NCBI GenBank assembly: GCA_026025075.1
Contig: JAPEUI010000109.1
Coordinates: forward strand, 1-52,739
Source of the DNA: Vezdaea acicularis
Lineage: Eukaryota
Direction: 5' to 3'
Length of the DNA: 52,739 bases
In this document: positions 24,401-35,032 of the stretch, piece by piece
How positions within the stretch are numbered: position 1 is the first letter of the stretch
Layout of the letters: every line of letters begins with the position of its first letter
Notes under the pieces: model-generated
Seen by the model: the letters and a program-made list of their open reading frames with translations, nothing else
Database searches by the model: none
Told to the model about the DNA's origin: nothing
Program-made: the position numbers and the translations under genes

Positions 24401-24840
24401 TGCTTCAATTCGCCGATATATGTGATCTGGACAATGACTTTTTCGCCTGCGGGAATGTTTCCAATCTTTGTTGTGAAGATATCTGATGATTCAACCGCCT
24501 GCTCTAAGAGTCCAGCGGTCTCCCCTTGCTCGATAGCTTTTTCAAAGATAGCCTTCGCCTTCTCCTTCTCTTTCACGATGCCTGTTAGCAGGCGAGAGCC
24601 AATTTTGCAGTTAAATCCGACAACACTGACTCCATCATACATGGGAAAGGTATAGCATGCCTCACTAATGGAGTTCTGGCTGCTGGGATTGATGAAACAT
24701 TGAGTGAGAACTGTTCGAGAGCTAGTTGAAAGAACTTTAGTGTGAGCGCTGAGTTCGATTTGTGGAAGATAGACCCTTTCCCAAACAGAGGATTTGAGCG
24801 TGAGGTAGTAGCATCCACATCTATAGCCATGAGAGGCCAT
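21406..24840 (-). CDS. VIT (vault inter-alpha-trypsin) + vWA domain protein (VWA5-like), intronless
   Basis: VIT motifs (YTFPMYDGVSVVGF, AKAIFEKAIEQGETAGLLEQ, FTTKIGNIP); MIDAS DRSGSM; GGTE; LLTDGE; RVFTLGIG; C-terminal IIALQSFVGSW...WELVVEKAMGWL. First ATG at 24840. Confidence 0.9.
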   Translation of the reverse strand: MASHGYRCGCYYLTLKSSVWERVYLPQIELSAHTKVLSTSSRTVLTQCFINPSSQNSISEACYTFPMYDGVSVVGFNCKIGSRLLTGIVKEKEKAKAIFEKAIEQGETAGLLEQAVESSDIFTTKIGNIPAGEKVIVQITYIGELKHDAEVDGIRFTIPTAIAPRYGSSSAELSSNLAKSSRGTGGIKIVVDVMMDEETFVRGMQSSTHPIAVTMGNTSTTSEEAPAMNKASAMLSLGSTELDKDFVISISAKETTKPIALLETHPHIAGQRALAVSLVPKFQLPPSRPEIVFIADRSGSMHSNIPTLVSALKVFLKSIPIGVKFNICSFGSSHKFLWPKSKAYDESSLKEAMRHVEKFSADFGGTEMFTPVKATLENRYRDLSLEVMLLTDGEIYNQQELFSYLNKEIIESEAPIRVFTLGIGDGVSHSLIEGIARAGNGFSQVVNNGEKMDGKVVRMLKGALSPHVTNYSLEVKYDSSADDGFELIAKVTDELHILMSDSLREPEPAPQKPISLFDENITENNSTDVSDSDGMERFSHLPSLTPPKLMQAPNKIPPLFPFSRTMVYLLMSPDTVDRTPRSVILKGHSARGPLELEIPVQILQEPGETFHQLAAKKAVQELEEGRGWVFDAKDEGGVPLKERFESKFHDMVQREAVRLGVEFQVGGKWCSFVAAESNVQEIEDRLRRLNDEKERAEKRQNSKVLSGDGDSTEGLFTPSSSGSAAFKSESSDLDTTSSARSMAQLTENMEFDNNTSSSNDMANDTASIDSSVISSGTLLSTSTGAIPRSALRLINETKYHTLTRDSNVKFRTNLMEYRQQQQAQPPDVSTRNRLAASGGGAVKEFRRGGSIMPQFQSAPVQVPGRTAGNPYSGAPSGSPYRVGKAGSLLADRSGMNSHYPPAPAAPISASHLRHSLSFGVGGGTPTLSGTPFVEPNSGIFEGTHALDSANFDPVEFEDEGHQPQPTGGYEQRIPLASHEPSTKGGVQRKKKGYQSLFANSKKSVGNVSSSGWLGRKSPSAPAPAPPAPAPAPKPSTDLDRMHVIIALQSFVGSWTLTNELLETIQVSSQASQRGLARISTDLKGVKDEDVIWATVLAIAFLQKRLAKDADSWELVVEKAMGWLEGSMTNIDEWLTEAKAVVMGA

Positions 24841-26473
24841 GGCGCGTCTAGTCGAGAGTCGCAAGGTACGTGGTGATTCAAGACTATCTACAGACAATGC
24901 AGGATTTGGTTTTGATTTGAAACCCAGGGTTGGGGTTTTGAACGGGCTTATCCACTCTTTCGAGGCCAGGATCAGCGGAATGTCTCAGAACTTCGAGAGA
25001 GCTGAACGATATTGTTCAATTGAGACCAAGACTTATCAATCGAGGGCCCCAAACTAATAGACGATGGTTTACGAATAGCACGAGATATCAAAAGGTACTG
25101 AGGAGAATGTCTCTTTTTGAAGAGGCATGAACATTTAGCAGGTATCTCTTATAGAAAGGAATATGAAATGGCAGCCTAGAATCCAGGTACGCATTCTCAT
25201 ACGCGACCAAGCTCCTGGAAAGAGCGCATTCGGGCGTCTTGTCAGAAGGCACCAGCAGACAGAATTCCGTCCCGCAACTTCGAGAAGATTGAGCCTTACG
25301 GTGCACCCTGCTCGGGATTTAAGCAAGGGTCAACTATAGTTGCCTGGCGCCGTGGCGCAAGCGAGCCGGTGCCAATTTCAGGCATCAGAACGACGACCAT
25401 TAAAATCGCGTTCGGCGGAGGAAACAGTCGTTGCTAACCCGTTTGAACTTATTTATCGATTCATGAGAAAACGGGAGAGGCCGATTCGGACAGCGGCAGA
25501 GGACTGAGGTTTTACAGTAGTCGCAGACGCAGGTGCATGTGCACGACACTTCTATCTTCAAAGGCGGTGACGAGCCCCACAAAACCCTGCCGAAGAGCGC
25601 TGCGAACTAATTTGATATTGCCGAGCCAAACTCAATTAGTACGAAGCTGCAATCTCATGAGACGTTCCCTTTACTCCCAGAAGAAGGTTCGAGTATGGAG
25701 CGGTACTGCTGCGGCCACTTCATAATAGATATTATCCGGGAGTGATTTGGATATGGATCGTGCGGCTTTTGCGCGACTGGAGCAGGACGCGCGCAAAGTG
25801 GCGGCCTCAGGGCACTATCTACCTTACCGGTAGAGTTCGCCACACATTCAAAGGCCTTCGTTGCGATTAGACGTCTCACTTTATAGCCTGTTTTTGACAA
25901 TCATCGGCAGGATATCGAAGACAAGGTAAGGTTGACGTTGTCAAGAAGATTCGCCTATATCAATAGTAGGGCAAGTTCCGGTAACTTAAGCACCGCGATT
26001 AAATTGCCGTAAAGTCCCCGTTCATCTTCAAGGCTTCAAAGATATCCCCGTTAATTGATTTCGTTTTCTATATAAATTTGGTCTGCACCAGATATGAAGC
26101 AGACTATCGCCGCGTGGGGATGTACGAATGGGGCGTAATGTACGGTTACGGATGAAAGAATTCACACCTGCATGCACCAGGTCTCCAGAAATCAGATGCG
26201 CGCCGTTTCATTATCCTATGCCAATACAAGATGGCCATTGTGTCCGAGGTGTATGCTTACTCGGAAGAACCTTGCTAGGATGCGCTTGATTGTGTAAAGG
26301 TAGTCTCAGAGATAAGTCTGGTCATCAACCATATGTTGGCTGCATCCGAATGGTCGGTCGGTCCCTCATCTCCAAGCCGGCCGTACCGGTGAAACGCGCA
26401 ACCACGCTACAGTCGGGCCCCTCCAAAGCTCTTCGCTTACAGCCCACATTCGAGACCGACGTCCTTTGGGCAG

Positions 26474-26627
26474 CACGCGGGTGACAAAAAAACCGGCACA
26501 CCCGTACAACCAAAATTGCAGGTGTTTGCAGATGTTTGCTCAGGAGGCGAAGTACTCTACTACACAATTTTGGTGGTCAGGTACCTCGCTAAGCCTATGG
26601 TGTGCCGGTTTTTTTGTCACCCGCGTG
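26474..26627. mobile_element. 154-bp MITE with perfect 29-bp TIRs and a 4-bp TSD (GCAG)
   Basis: 26474-26502 CACGCGGGTGACAAAAAAACCGGCACACC is the exact reverse complement of 26599-26627. GCAG lies directly outside both ends. Internal inverted 10-mers at 26509-26518 and 26565-26574. Confidence 0.88.
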
Positions 26628-27507
26628 GCAGCAGGCCGAACGCCAACATCGCAATATCGCAACGTTTGCTCGCCAGCTAATATGGGTTGAAGCACCCTTA
26701 ATTACCTGTAGGCCACGATCGAAATCCAGACAGTCGAACCCGCTTCGATACTATCGTGTGCGTCGCACAAGAGGGCGTTTCGACTTCAAAAGATATATCC
26801 TGTGGAACGAGGAGCAGGTTGTTTGTCCAAGTGGAGATCTCTCCCGTTCCCTGCGTTCTGATTATACGACTTGCAACGCTAATGCTGCACCCCTCGCCCC
26901 AAGCTAGGATGCGACAACTGGATTCGCCGCATTGGCTTCCGTTGTAGGGTCCCAGCCATCAGTACATGTAGCCCTCGTGAAGGACGCTAGTACTTGGGGG
27001 GACCTATTTTAGCGTGCCCCCTGCAGGTGTTACACGGTTGATACGAGTGACGGGCGCTGAAATGGCCTAGATGACTCAAGTCTTGGTAAGTGTCCTTGTT
27101 CGCGATTGAGAGGCACGCATGGAGCTGCAAGAAGAAACATCTTACTTTCTGACACACCCTAGTGATCTATATATGCGACTACACTAATGCGCGTGGACTT
27201 TCGCTTCAGCAAAAAGCGAGTCTTTACCGAATTGTGGTTTGTCAAAAGCCCCGCGTGGCAGATGCAATGATGATCGATTCGTTCTGCAAAAGTCGAGGGG
27301 AGCAATAGCGTAACTTCCGGAGGATTCTTTTTTGATGAGTCTTGCAAAGAGCTTAGAAGGGTCAGGGTCACGTGTGTCCGATAGAGCCGCCGCCGCCGCC
27401 TCCGCCTGATTGGGATGCAGGAGATGGGGCGGCTGTCTCCTCTTGCCAGAAGACCGTGAGTGAGGCTGGACGCAGAACTGTCTCTCCGTCTTCCATGCCT
27501 CATCACC

Positions 27508-30500
27508 ATGTCCCACCAGGATCTTGCGTCGATATGGCTCTTCCTACACGGTCGCCTGGACATAGACAATATTCTGCGCGAGCTGATCGGACAATATTCT
27601 TTGAACGTTCCTGTCCTCAAGGCTGACCATGCGCAGTTGCGCAAAGCCTCCTTCCGACACGTCGTAACTCTCAAAGCGATATTCGACCTACAAAGAACAT
27701 ATCTTCAATCACCAGAGCCCAGTGTTGAGTCTAAGGCTTCTCTATTGCAGCACGATGTGCTATTCTCGGCGATCATACATCTACTCGAGGTCAAGGTGGA
27801 AAGCTTCTCACCCGATAGCGGACTTGCGGACAATACGGCATGCTGTAGTATATTCGCCCAAACTCTGTTCTCGGCCCTTCGCGCGCTCCTTTTGAGGAGA
27901 AGGGCGCTCACTCCGAAGGACCATGAGGTACTCACTGTGCAATTTAGTAGGGCTTGGAGCGACGAGCAACTTGATGATGCAGACCACTTCATTGTGAATT
28001 CACTATGTCGTAGGGTGATCCAAGAGCTCTCCAGCAGTACGCAGAATAGTGTGTATGAACAGCCAGCGTGTGGCAGGACTACTCTCCCAGATTTCTTCCA
28101 AGGGCTTGTAGGTGCCCCAAAGCCAATTGATAGAAGGCTTACGATGCTAATAGAAACAGTACCCCCTTGAGTCAGGAGATGACTCGGTCGTAGAAGCCGT
28201 TGAGGAGACCAATCATGTTTCAATGAGCTCTTCAGAATGGTTTCACAATGCGTTAGTTCTATATGACGTCTGCTGGAGCACCGTAGCAGCTTTGACCCAA
28301 CTATGTATGGACGTCCGAAGACGGAGGGAGTTACAGCGATGGTCACTCGCCGACGAAGCTGTAATGATGAATGACCTTGATCAGATCTTAACCGCCCGCT
28401 TTCGGTTACAGGAAAAAATATATGGCGAGGCGATCCCTGGACGACATGATCAGAACGTAAATTGGTCGAACGAACAAATGAAGGCCCTCTTAAGCTCGGG
28501 GCTCCGTTCGACATGTACTCAAGATCAATGCGACTGCTTAGCAGAAAATCATCTTGCTGCAATACAGAATCAAGTAATTTACCCTTTCCATCAAATCTCA
28601 TCCCCTCGGCTCTCACGAATGTAACTAACGAGACGCGATTTCATTAGCGTCTCAAATACGGTGGACAAGATGTATTGTCGCAGGTCAGAAAGTACTCAAA
28701 GATGGCTCCATATATTGAAGAGGTAGAGAGTGCTCTAAAGCAGCTACACTCGACCTTGGAATCTCGGGCTTCCGCACTTCTGGATTCTAGTGGAGAGCTA
28801 AAAGGCCTTGCGCAGAGCTTGAATGACTATACCCAAAGTTGGGCTCCAGGGTTGGCCTACTCTATGGCTTATGGGAGTAAAGGAAACCCTGTTTCGGATG
28901 ATCTTTACGTCATGAATTGCCCAAAGCTTCATCCCGTACCGTCGAAAGATTTGTACAACATGATCAAGGACGAGGATAGAGGGGATAGAAAGTCAAAGGT
29001 CCGTTTCAAAGCCTTCTTATGCATGGCAAGTCTTCGACCACTGTGGGCTCGAATGAACTACCTTCGCATGACCCCGGCGGTTTTTTGCTGACATGATTTT
29101 AGCGCGACAAAGCTCTTCTGGTTGGTGTCCAGGCTAATATAAAGTGCGACCAATGCAACTGGCGTTCCGATACGATATCGGCAAGGAAAGTTGAGCCCCT
29201 ATCTAAAATCTCGTCCGATATCCAAGATCAGCTGCGCATCCAGCGAAAGAATACAGAGCGTAGAGCTGAGCTTCATGACTCAAAGTCGAAGGGCTCTGTG
29301 TCGGGCATTCACGCGACGCGCCAAGACGAGGCGCCATCAGGACTACGCTCAACACCTTTTCCGACCAACAATCCTCCAATAGATACGAAACGCTCGAATC
29401 ATGTCCACGAGGAGCGTCGTCCGTCCAATGTTGGTGTTAGGCCACCTCACGAAATCGACCGCCCAAACATGACCTTCGACGACCGGCACCCGCCTTTCAC
29501 TGACATTAGTGCTGTCGCTGAACATCGCACTGGCCCTGATAGTAAACGCTCAAAACCGGCACTCAACGATCGTCGTCCCTCATATGCTGATCTTGACTCA
29601 TCTCCAAACATGGAGCCTCGAATGGTAGCCACTAATGGTCAAAGCCCCTCCTTGTCTAAATTTAGCTCCGTCGCTGATCTCAATGTCGGCGTTGACGCGA
29701 GCCATTCTGATCATGCTCTTGAAGAGCGTCGCCCATCTTTTGCTCCTCCATACAGTGATATTAATAAGACCGAAATGGTTGGTCAGGTCACGGCCAGACA
29801 ATTTCATTCATCCCCTCTATCATCTCATGCCAACACTCCACCACCTCAAACCCAGCAGATCGACCGCGAAAATTTCCCTGAGTTGCATCACATAAATCCC
29901 GAGAATTTTCCAGAAGTCGTAGAATCATCCATTCAAAGACGGCCGGGACCAGTATCAATCGGCTCCGACGATAGTGCTAGTAGATTTGTTCGAGACACTC
30001 CAGCACGCAAGCAGAAGAAATGGCAGTCACTTTTCACTTCAAGTCGCTCCTCAGCGCAAGCTTCATCAACCCCATCGGCTGCCTTTTTCACTTGCGGTAA
30101 AAGCTTGTTACTCTGGAATGAGCGGGGAGCTGGCTGTTACGACCTTCACAACGCGGAGAGCATAGGTTTTCGAAGAATCAATGCGAGTAACGTTCGCATA
30201 GCAGCTGGTGGAGCCGGTAAATGTGCAGTTGTCTCAAAGAGCGGAACAGTATGTTGATGAAACTATTCGAGTGATCTTGAACCGTACTAATGAGAGGACA
30301 GGAACATATCTTAAAAGTATTTGAAGGCAGTTGCGATGCGCCCGTTCGCGATTGGAAGATCGAGGGCCTGCCCTATGCGATGTCTATTTCACGTAATGAC
30401 CAATACCTTGCCCTCAAATACAGCCGCTACGTTCAAATATTCGACATCACAAGCGGAACTCAATTTAATCATCCACTGCCTCACCAAAATAGTCGATCGG

Positions 30501-31163
30501 GTCGAGGTAATCATCTCGTTGCATTTTCTAATGATAGCCTGTCCTTCATCACCTCGACGCGGTATGAGCCCGAGAAGGTCATCACATACTGGAGCGAATG
30601 CACTGTTCCATCCAGTACTAACCGCGTTGAAAGCAGTGCTCCCTTCGTAGGCTCCTTCTGTTCTTCCTTGAAGAGCTATTCTAATTTGTCTGACTTAGGG
30701 TCTTGTTGGCGATGATGGCCTATCTGCACTCGTCTACCCCGATAGCACCCTACAAGCTGCATTCTTGACAAGTTTTACAGAGAAGGGCTATCCAGTCTTG
30801 CTCTCCCTGAAAGATCCAAGCCCTGTCAGCCGGCTGTTACGCGATCATAAAGGCCAAATAGGAGCAAGGATACATCGGGCCACTCTTTGCGCTACCGGTA
30901 CCGACTTGGTCCTAATAAATCAGCGTAATGATATATTTTGGATCATGGATCCTTTTGGTCATGAGCAAGTAGCGCGTCAAGTTACAAGCATTAAGCGGTC
31001 TACCTCTGTCAAGCGAGAGCTCGAGATGGGTATGCCGAATAGTGACGAAGTACACATATTTTGGATCGATAGGGGACGGGGTAAGCTCGTGACAGTGGGG
31101 AAGTCCGGGGGCAAAAGCAAACCGCGAGAATTGACCGTGGATATGGAGCAACTCGTCGCTTGA
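27508..31163 (+). CDS. Uncharacterised multi-exon protein with a probable C-terminal WD40-like beta-propeller
   Basis: ORF pieces join through GT-AG introns at about 28108-28159, 28574-28647, 28999-29102, 30249-30301 and 30647-30698. Beta-rich blades such as MSISRNDQYLALKYSRYVQIFDI and VAFSNDSLSFIT. Confidence 0.7.
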
Positions 31164-32967
31164 CCAGCGAGCATACCTTAAGCGCAGGGCTCTGCCCTTA
31201 TAATACATGTGTACTCGGGGATGGAAGAAGGCGTTATAAAACAGGAATCAAGGAGTAATGTATGTTGAATGAGCTTCATTGTTGTTTCCTATAGTGATGA
31301 TCTCAATCTAGGGAAGCCTCTTTCAGAATTAGACATTGACACCGCACTGAATAAGGCGCTGGATTTTAGACTCCAGGAGACTCTCGAGTACTCCACAGGT
31401 ATGGATAACGAGATTTGATGCAATGGCAGGGACCGGAATTAGGTTTACAGCGCTGGTAGGACAGTCAGTCCTAGTATATGTGGCCTACTGTCTATAATAG
31501 TCTTCTCCTCAACTCCACCTAACCAGTAAGACTTGTCCGTATGGCTTTACTTGGAGGTCGGGCTACGCAAAAACCCGAAGACCCTGGTAGTATCACCGAT
31601 CACGATGGCAATGCAGCTCTTCCCAAGAATCTATCTACTTGCCAACTACTCTTCGAGGCCGTGTCTTACAAGAGGGTGAAAGTTACTGCACAGCTCTATG
31701 CAGACGGCCACGTCGTGCAGCTGGAACGGGTGCACGACATGCTTACTGGAGTTAAGACACATAGGCAGGCTTGGCGAAACTTGACTGTCTCCTTCGTACT
31801 TATGCAATACTTCTGCACAGAGGTAGATCGAGACCCCAGCTAGAGCTGCATACTGTGATACGTTCGTTCGGAAGGCTCGACAATGTCCTTTTATCAGTGG
31901 TGCCAAGTTATCAGAACCTATCTCGGTCCAAATGTAAAATCAGGACCTCAGTTGAGGGCCAGTCGTCCAGCTCAAACGCTTGCTGGGATGGACCGCCCAG
32001 GGACGATAAGGGGCCAAAAGTCCAATTTCCACCTGCCGTCTTCCTGCGACTGGAGCTTCAAAGTGCGGGGATGCTACCGCAAAGGCCTACAGAACGAACC
32101 ACAAAGCAGCTTTTGCGCCACGGAGATATCTCGGAGTTCGTCTCGAAAATAAGCGGCGGTTGCGGAAACATAGCGCACAAGCTGAAAAAGCAATCGTAAA
32201 CTTTATTTTCTTGGCCTTGACGCGGGATCCATTCAGCATTTTAAATTAGAGAGGGCCACACGAGCTGTCCAGGTTTCTGCATCTCCAAGTGGGGTCCAAG
32301 ACTGGGGTCCTCAGCTGGAGATAGTTTGCTCGGCAACTTGTCAGACGTTCAGGTGGCGGCCTCGCCCCACCTCGCCTCATGCTTGCAGGGCTGCCCCGAT
32401 CCGCATGGCTCAATGGTGTCGACCAATAGATTTCGACCCGAAAGGTTGGCGACCAATGCTCACCCACCACCTCCAACTGGCTACAACTATTTGCAGGCGA
32501 TGCAGCTCCTGCAGATTGCCGGGCTACTCATCTCACTGCTGCTGTGCTGCTGCGCTATTCATGCTCATGGTCTGCGCAAAAGCCTAGACTGCTAGAAATA
32601 CTTCGTCTCGGATTGTGAGAAGGAATGTACCCTTCTCTTCTCGGCCTTTTCTTCTCCTTCCTCCCTTTGCTCACCACACTCTCAGTACACAGTGGAGATA
32701 CTTCGTCAACTTCTAGCTGAAGCAATTGTAATAAGCAGTATGCTTAAATCGCTCTTATAACCTACTCGCTGCAGCTCTTTCTCCTCATAGCTTGTTTCAC
32801 TCATTTATATCATCTTTCTTTGAAAGAGCTGGCCCGCCAATCCTTACAGTGCTTCTTTTTAAAAATTTTGAAGTCTTAAACCTTCCTGACATTGCCTTCT
32901 AAAACCACCGCCCTCCTGCCCGAAGTCGATATTTTCAACGGCTCCTTGTGAGCACCAGGAGCTCTCC

Positions 32968-34960
32968 ATGGATGACAACGGCCTATTCTTGGCTAGTGGC
33001 GTGGAGATGAAGAAACCCATGGTAGATACTAAATCTACGGAGCGAGGCCGGAAGCACTATGGCTCGACTGGCTTAAGGTATGCTATACGAAGCTTACCTG
33101 TAAAGCCTCCTGAGTGTTATTGACCTTGATCCTGTAGGCGTGTTCTTAATGAGCGCCATGTCAATATGATCGCGTTCTCGTCTACTATCGGAATAGGGCT
33201 CTTCCTTCAGTCTGGCAAGATCATGTATCTCATTGGGCCAGGTGGGGCCGTCATCGCATATCTACTTATGGGTTCTTTACTATGGTCAGCCGTTGCGTCG
33301 CTCGGAGAGATGACCGCCATTTTCCCGGTAAAAGGGCCGATAATCGATTTCCCCAGTCGCTATATCGATGAAAGTGTCGGCTTCGCAGTCGGATGGATGG
33401 CGTGGTACGTATTGAGCTCGAACCCGATTTCTTCTTCCTTACATTGTGCTAAACATTCAAAGGTTTGCATACGTTAACCTTACGGCCACGGAGGTTAGTG
33501 CTGTTGCACAATTGTTCAATTTCGGCTTCACAAAAGATTACCTTCGGGAGTTTAACTATCCGCGAGAGAATCTCGGCTGGGGCTTCGGCCAGGAGACAAG
33601 CCCAGCTGTTTGGGTTGGAATCTTCCTCATCGTCGTCTTACTCATCAACCTGCTTCCAGTCCGGGCCTATGGCGAGATTGAATATGTCTGCGGGTGCATC
33701 AAAATGGTGGTCATTGTTGGTATGATTCTTGCAAACGTCATTATCAACGGGAAGAATGCGAACAATGGCCAGAGCCATAGCCGATTTCAATTCTATCAAG
33801 CTCCATATGGATTTTTCTCCCGGAACACCACGGTTGCCACCAGTAGCCAGGTTTATACATACACAGGAGATACTGGTAGGCTAGTGGGCATGTGGTCTGC
33901 AATGACTACAATATTTTTCTCGCTCCAAGGATTCTTCACCGTGTCCATCACTGCCGCAGAAAACAAACATCTGGATAAAGACGAGAGCATTAAACTGGCA
34001 ACACGGAAGATCTCCCTCCGTGTGATCACGCTATATGCGCTTGTCGTCTTCACCGCTGGCCTGAATTTACCATATAACGATCCAAACATTCGCGATACGA
34101 GCATCAGCTCTATCAGGCGAGGACAGAACTCGCCTCTCATCATCGCTTGCGTCCGCAATGGAGTCCTCGGTTGGCCACACTTCCTGAATGCTTTCTTTAT
34201 TTTCTCTGCGTTCTCGACCGCAGTCAACGCTCTTTATGTGGCGTCGCGACTCCTACATGCGTTGGCGAGTATTCGAAACGTTTGGCCAGAGGCAGTCTGG
34301 GCCAACACGGTCCGAACGAGACTAGAGAGGACGTCAAGTAAGGGTGTACCGGTCACTGCGGTGTTCGTCAGCTGGCTTTTTGGACTGCTCGCGTTCCTCG
34401 CCGTCAGGCCTTATCCTTCAAAGATATTGGGCCGTATGGCAACCTATTGCACATGCTCTCTATTGATTGTCTACGCATGCGTTTGCCTGGCTTTCCTCAG
34501 CTTCAAAACACGCACCTTGGACGAGGATCCCAAAGAGGATCTTGTCCTCACTACTGAAAACGGCACCTTCCTCAACCGGAATGCTAGCGACTATCCTTAC
34601 AAATCTCACTTGCAATGGGCCAGAGCTGCCTACGGTCTAGTCGGCTGCTGCCTACTGCTTTTTTTCAACGGCTGGCGATCCTTCTTACACCCTTTTAGCA
34701 CGGCCGACTTCATCGCCTCATATCTCAATGTTTTGATCTTCACCATCCTCGTCGCTGCTTATCACGTCAAGGACGAGCGTGAATGGAATCCACTGCGCTG
34801 GACGAGGCGGGCCACTATGGACATACAGAATCCGATGGCAACGCGCGAGAAAGATGTGAATCTCCGAAAAGGCCGGCTGCACCGTGCGAATACGGAGAAG
34901 TTCTTCGTGAAAGAGAACGGTATTAGAATCTTGGAGTTTATTTGGGTTTGGCTTAAATAG
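32968..34960 (+). CDS. Amino-acid permease (YAT/APC family), 3 exons
   Basis: LNERHVNMIAFSSTIGIGLF, GPGG, SLGEM, GFAVGW, YGEIEY, YVASRLLHALA, GVP motifs; many hydrophobic TM segments. Confidence 0.93.
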
Positions 34961-35032
34961 AATTTAGATCGTTGTATATATTATCATGACATAGCAACAC
35001 ATCCTTTTCATCCCTTACATGCAACCCCGTTA

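Noticed and set aside
25341..25385. tRNA-like start GGCGCCGTGGCGCAA within a small hairpin
   Set aside because: No T-loop (GTTCRA) or cloverleaf follows
27705..28616. 303-aa minus-strand ORF
   Set aside because: Antisense shadow of the spliced + strand gene
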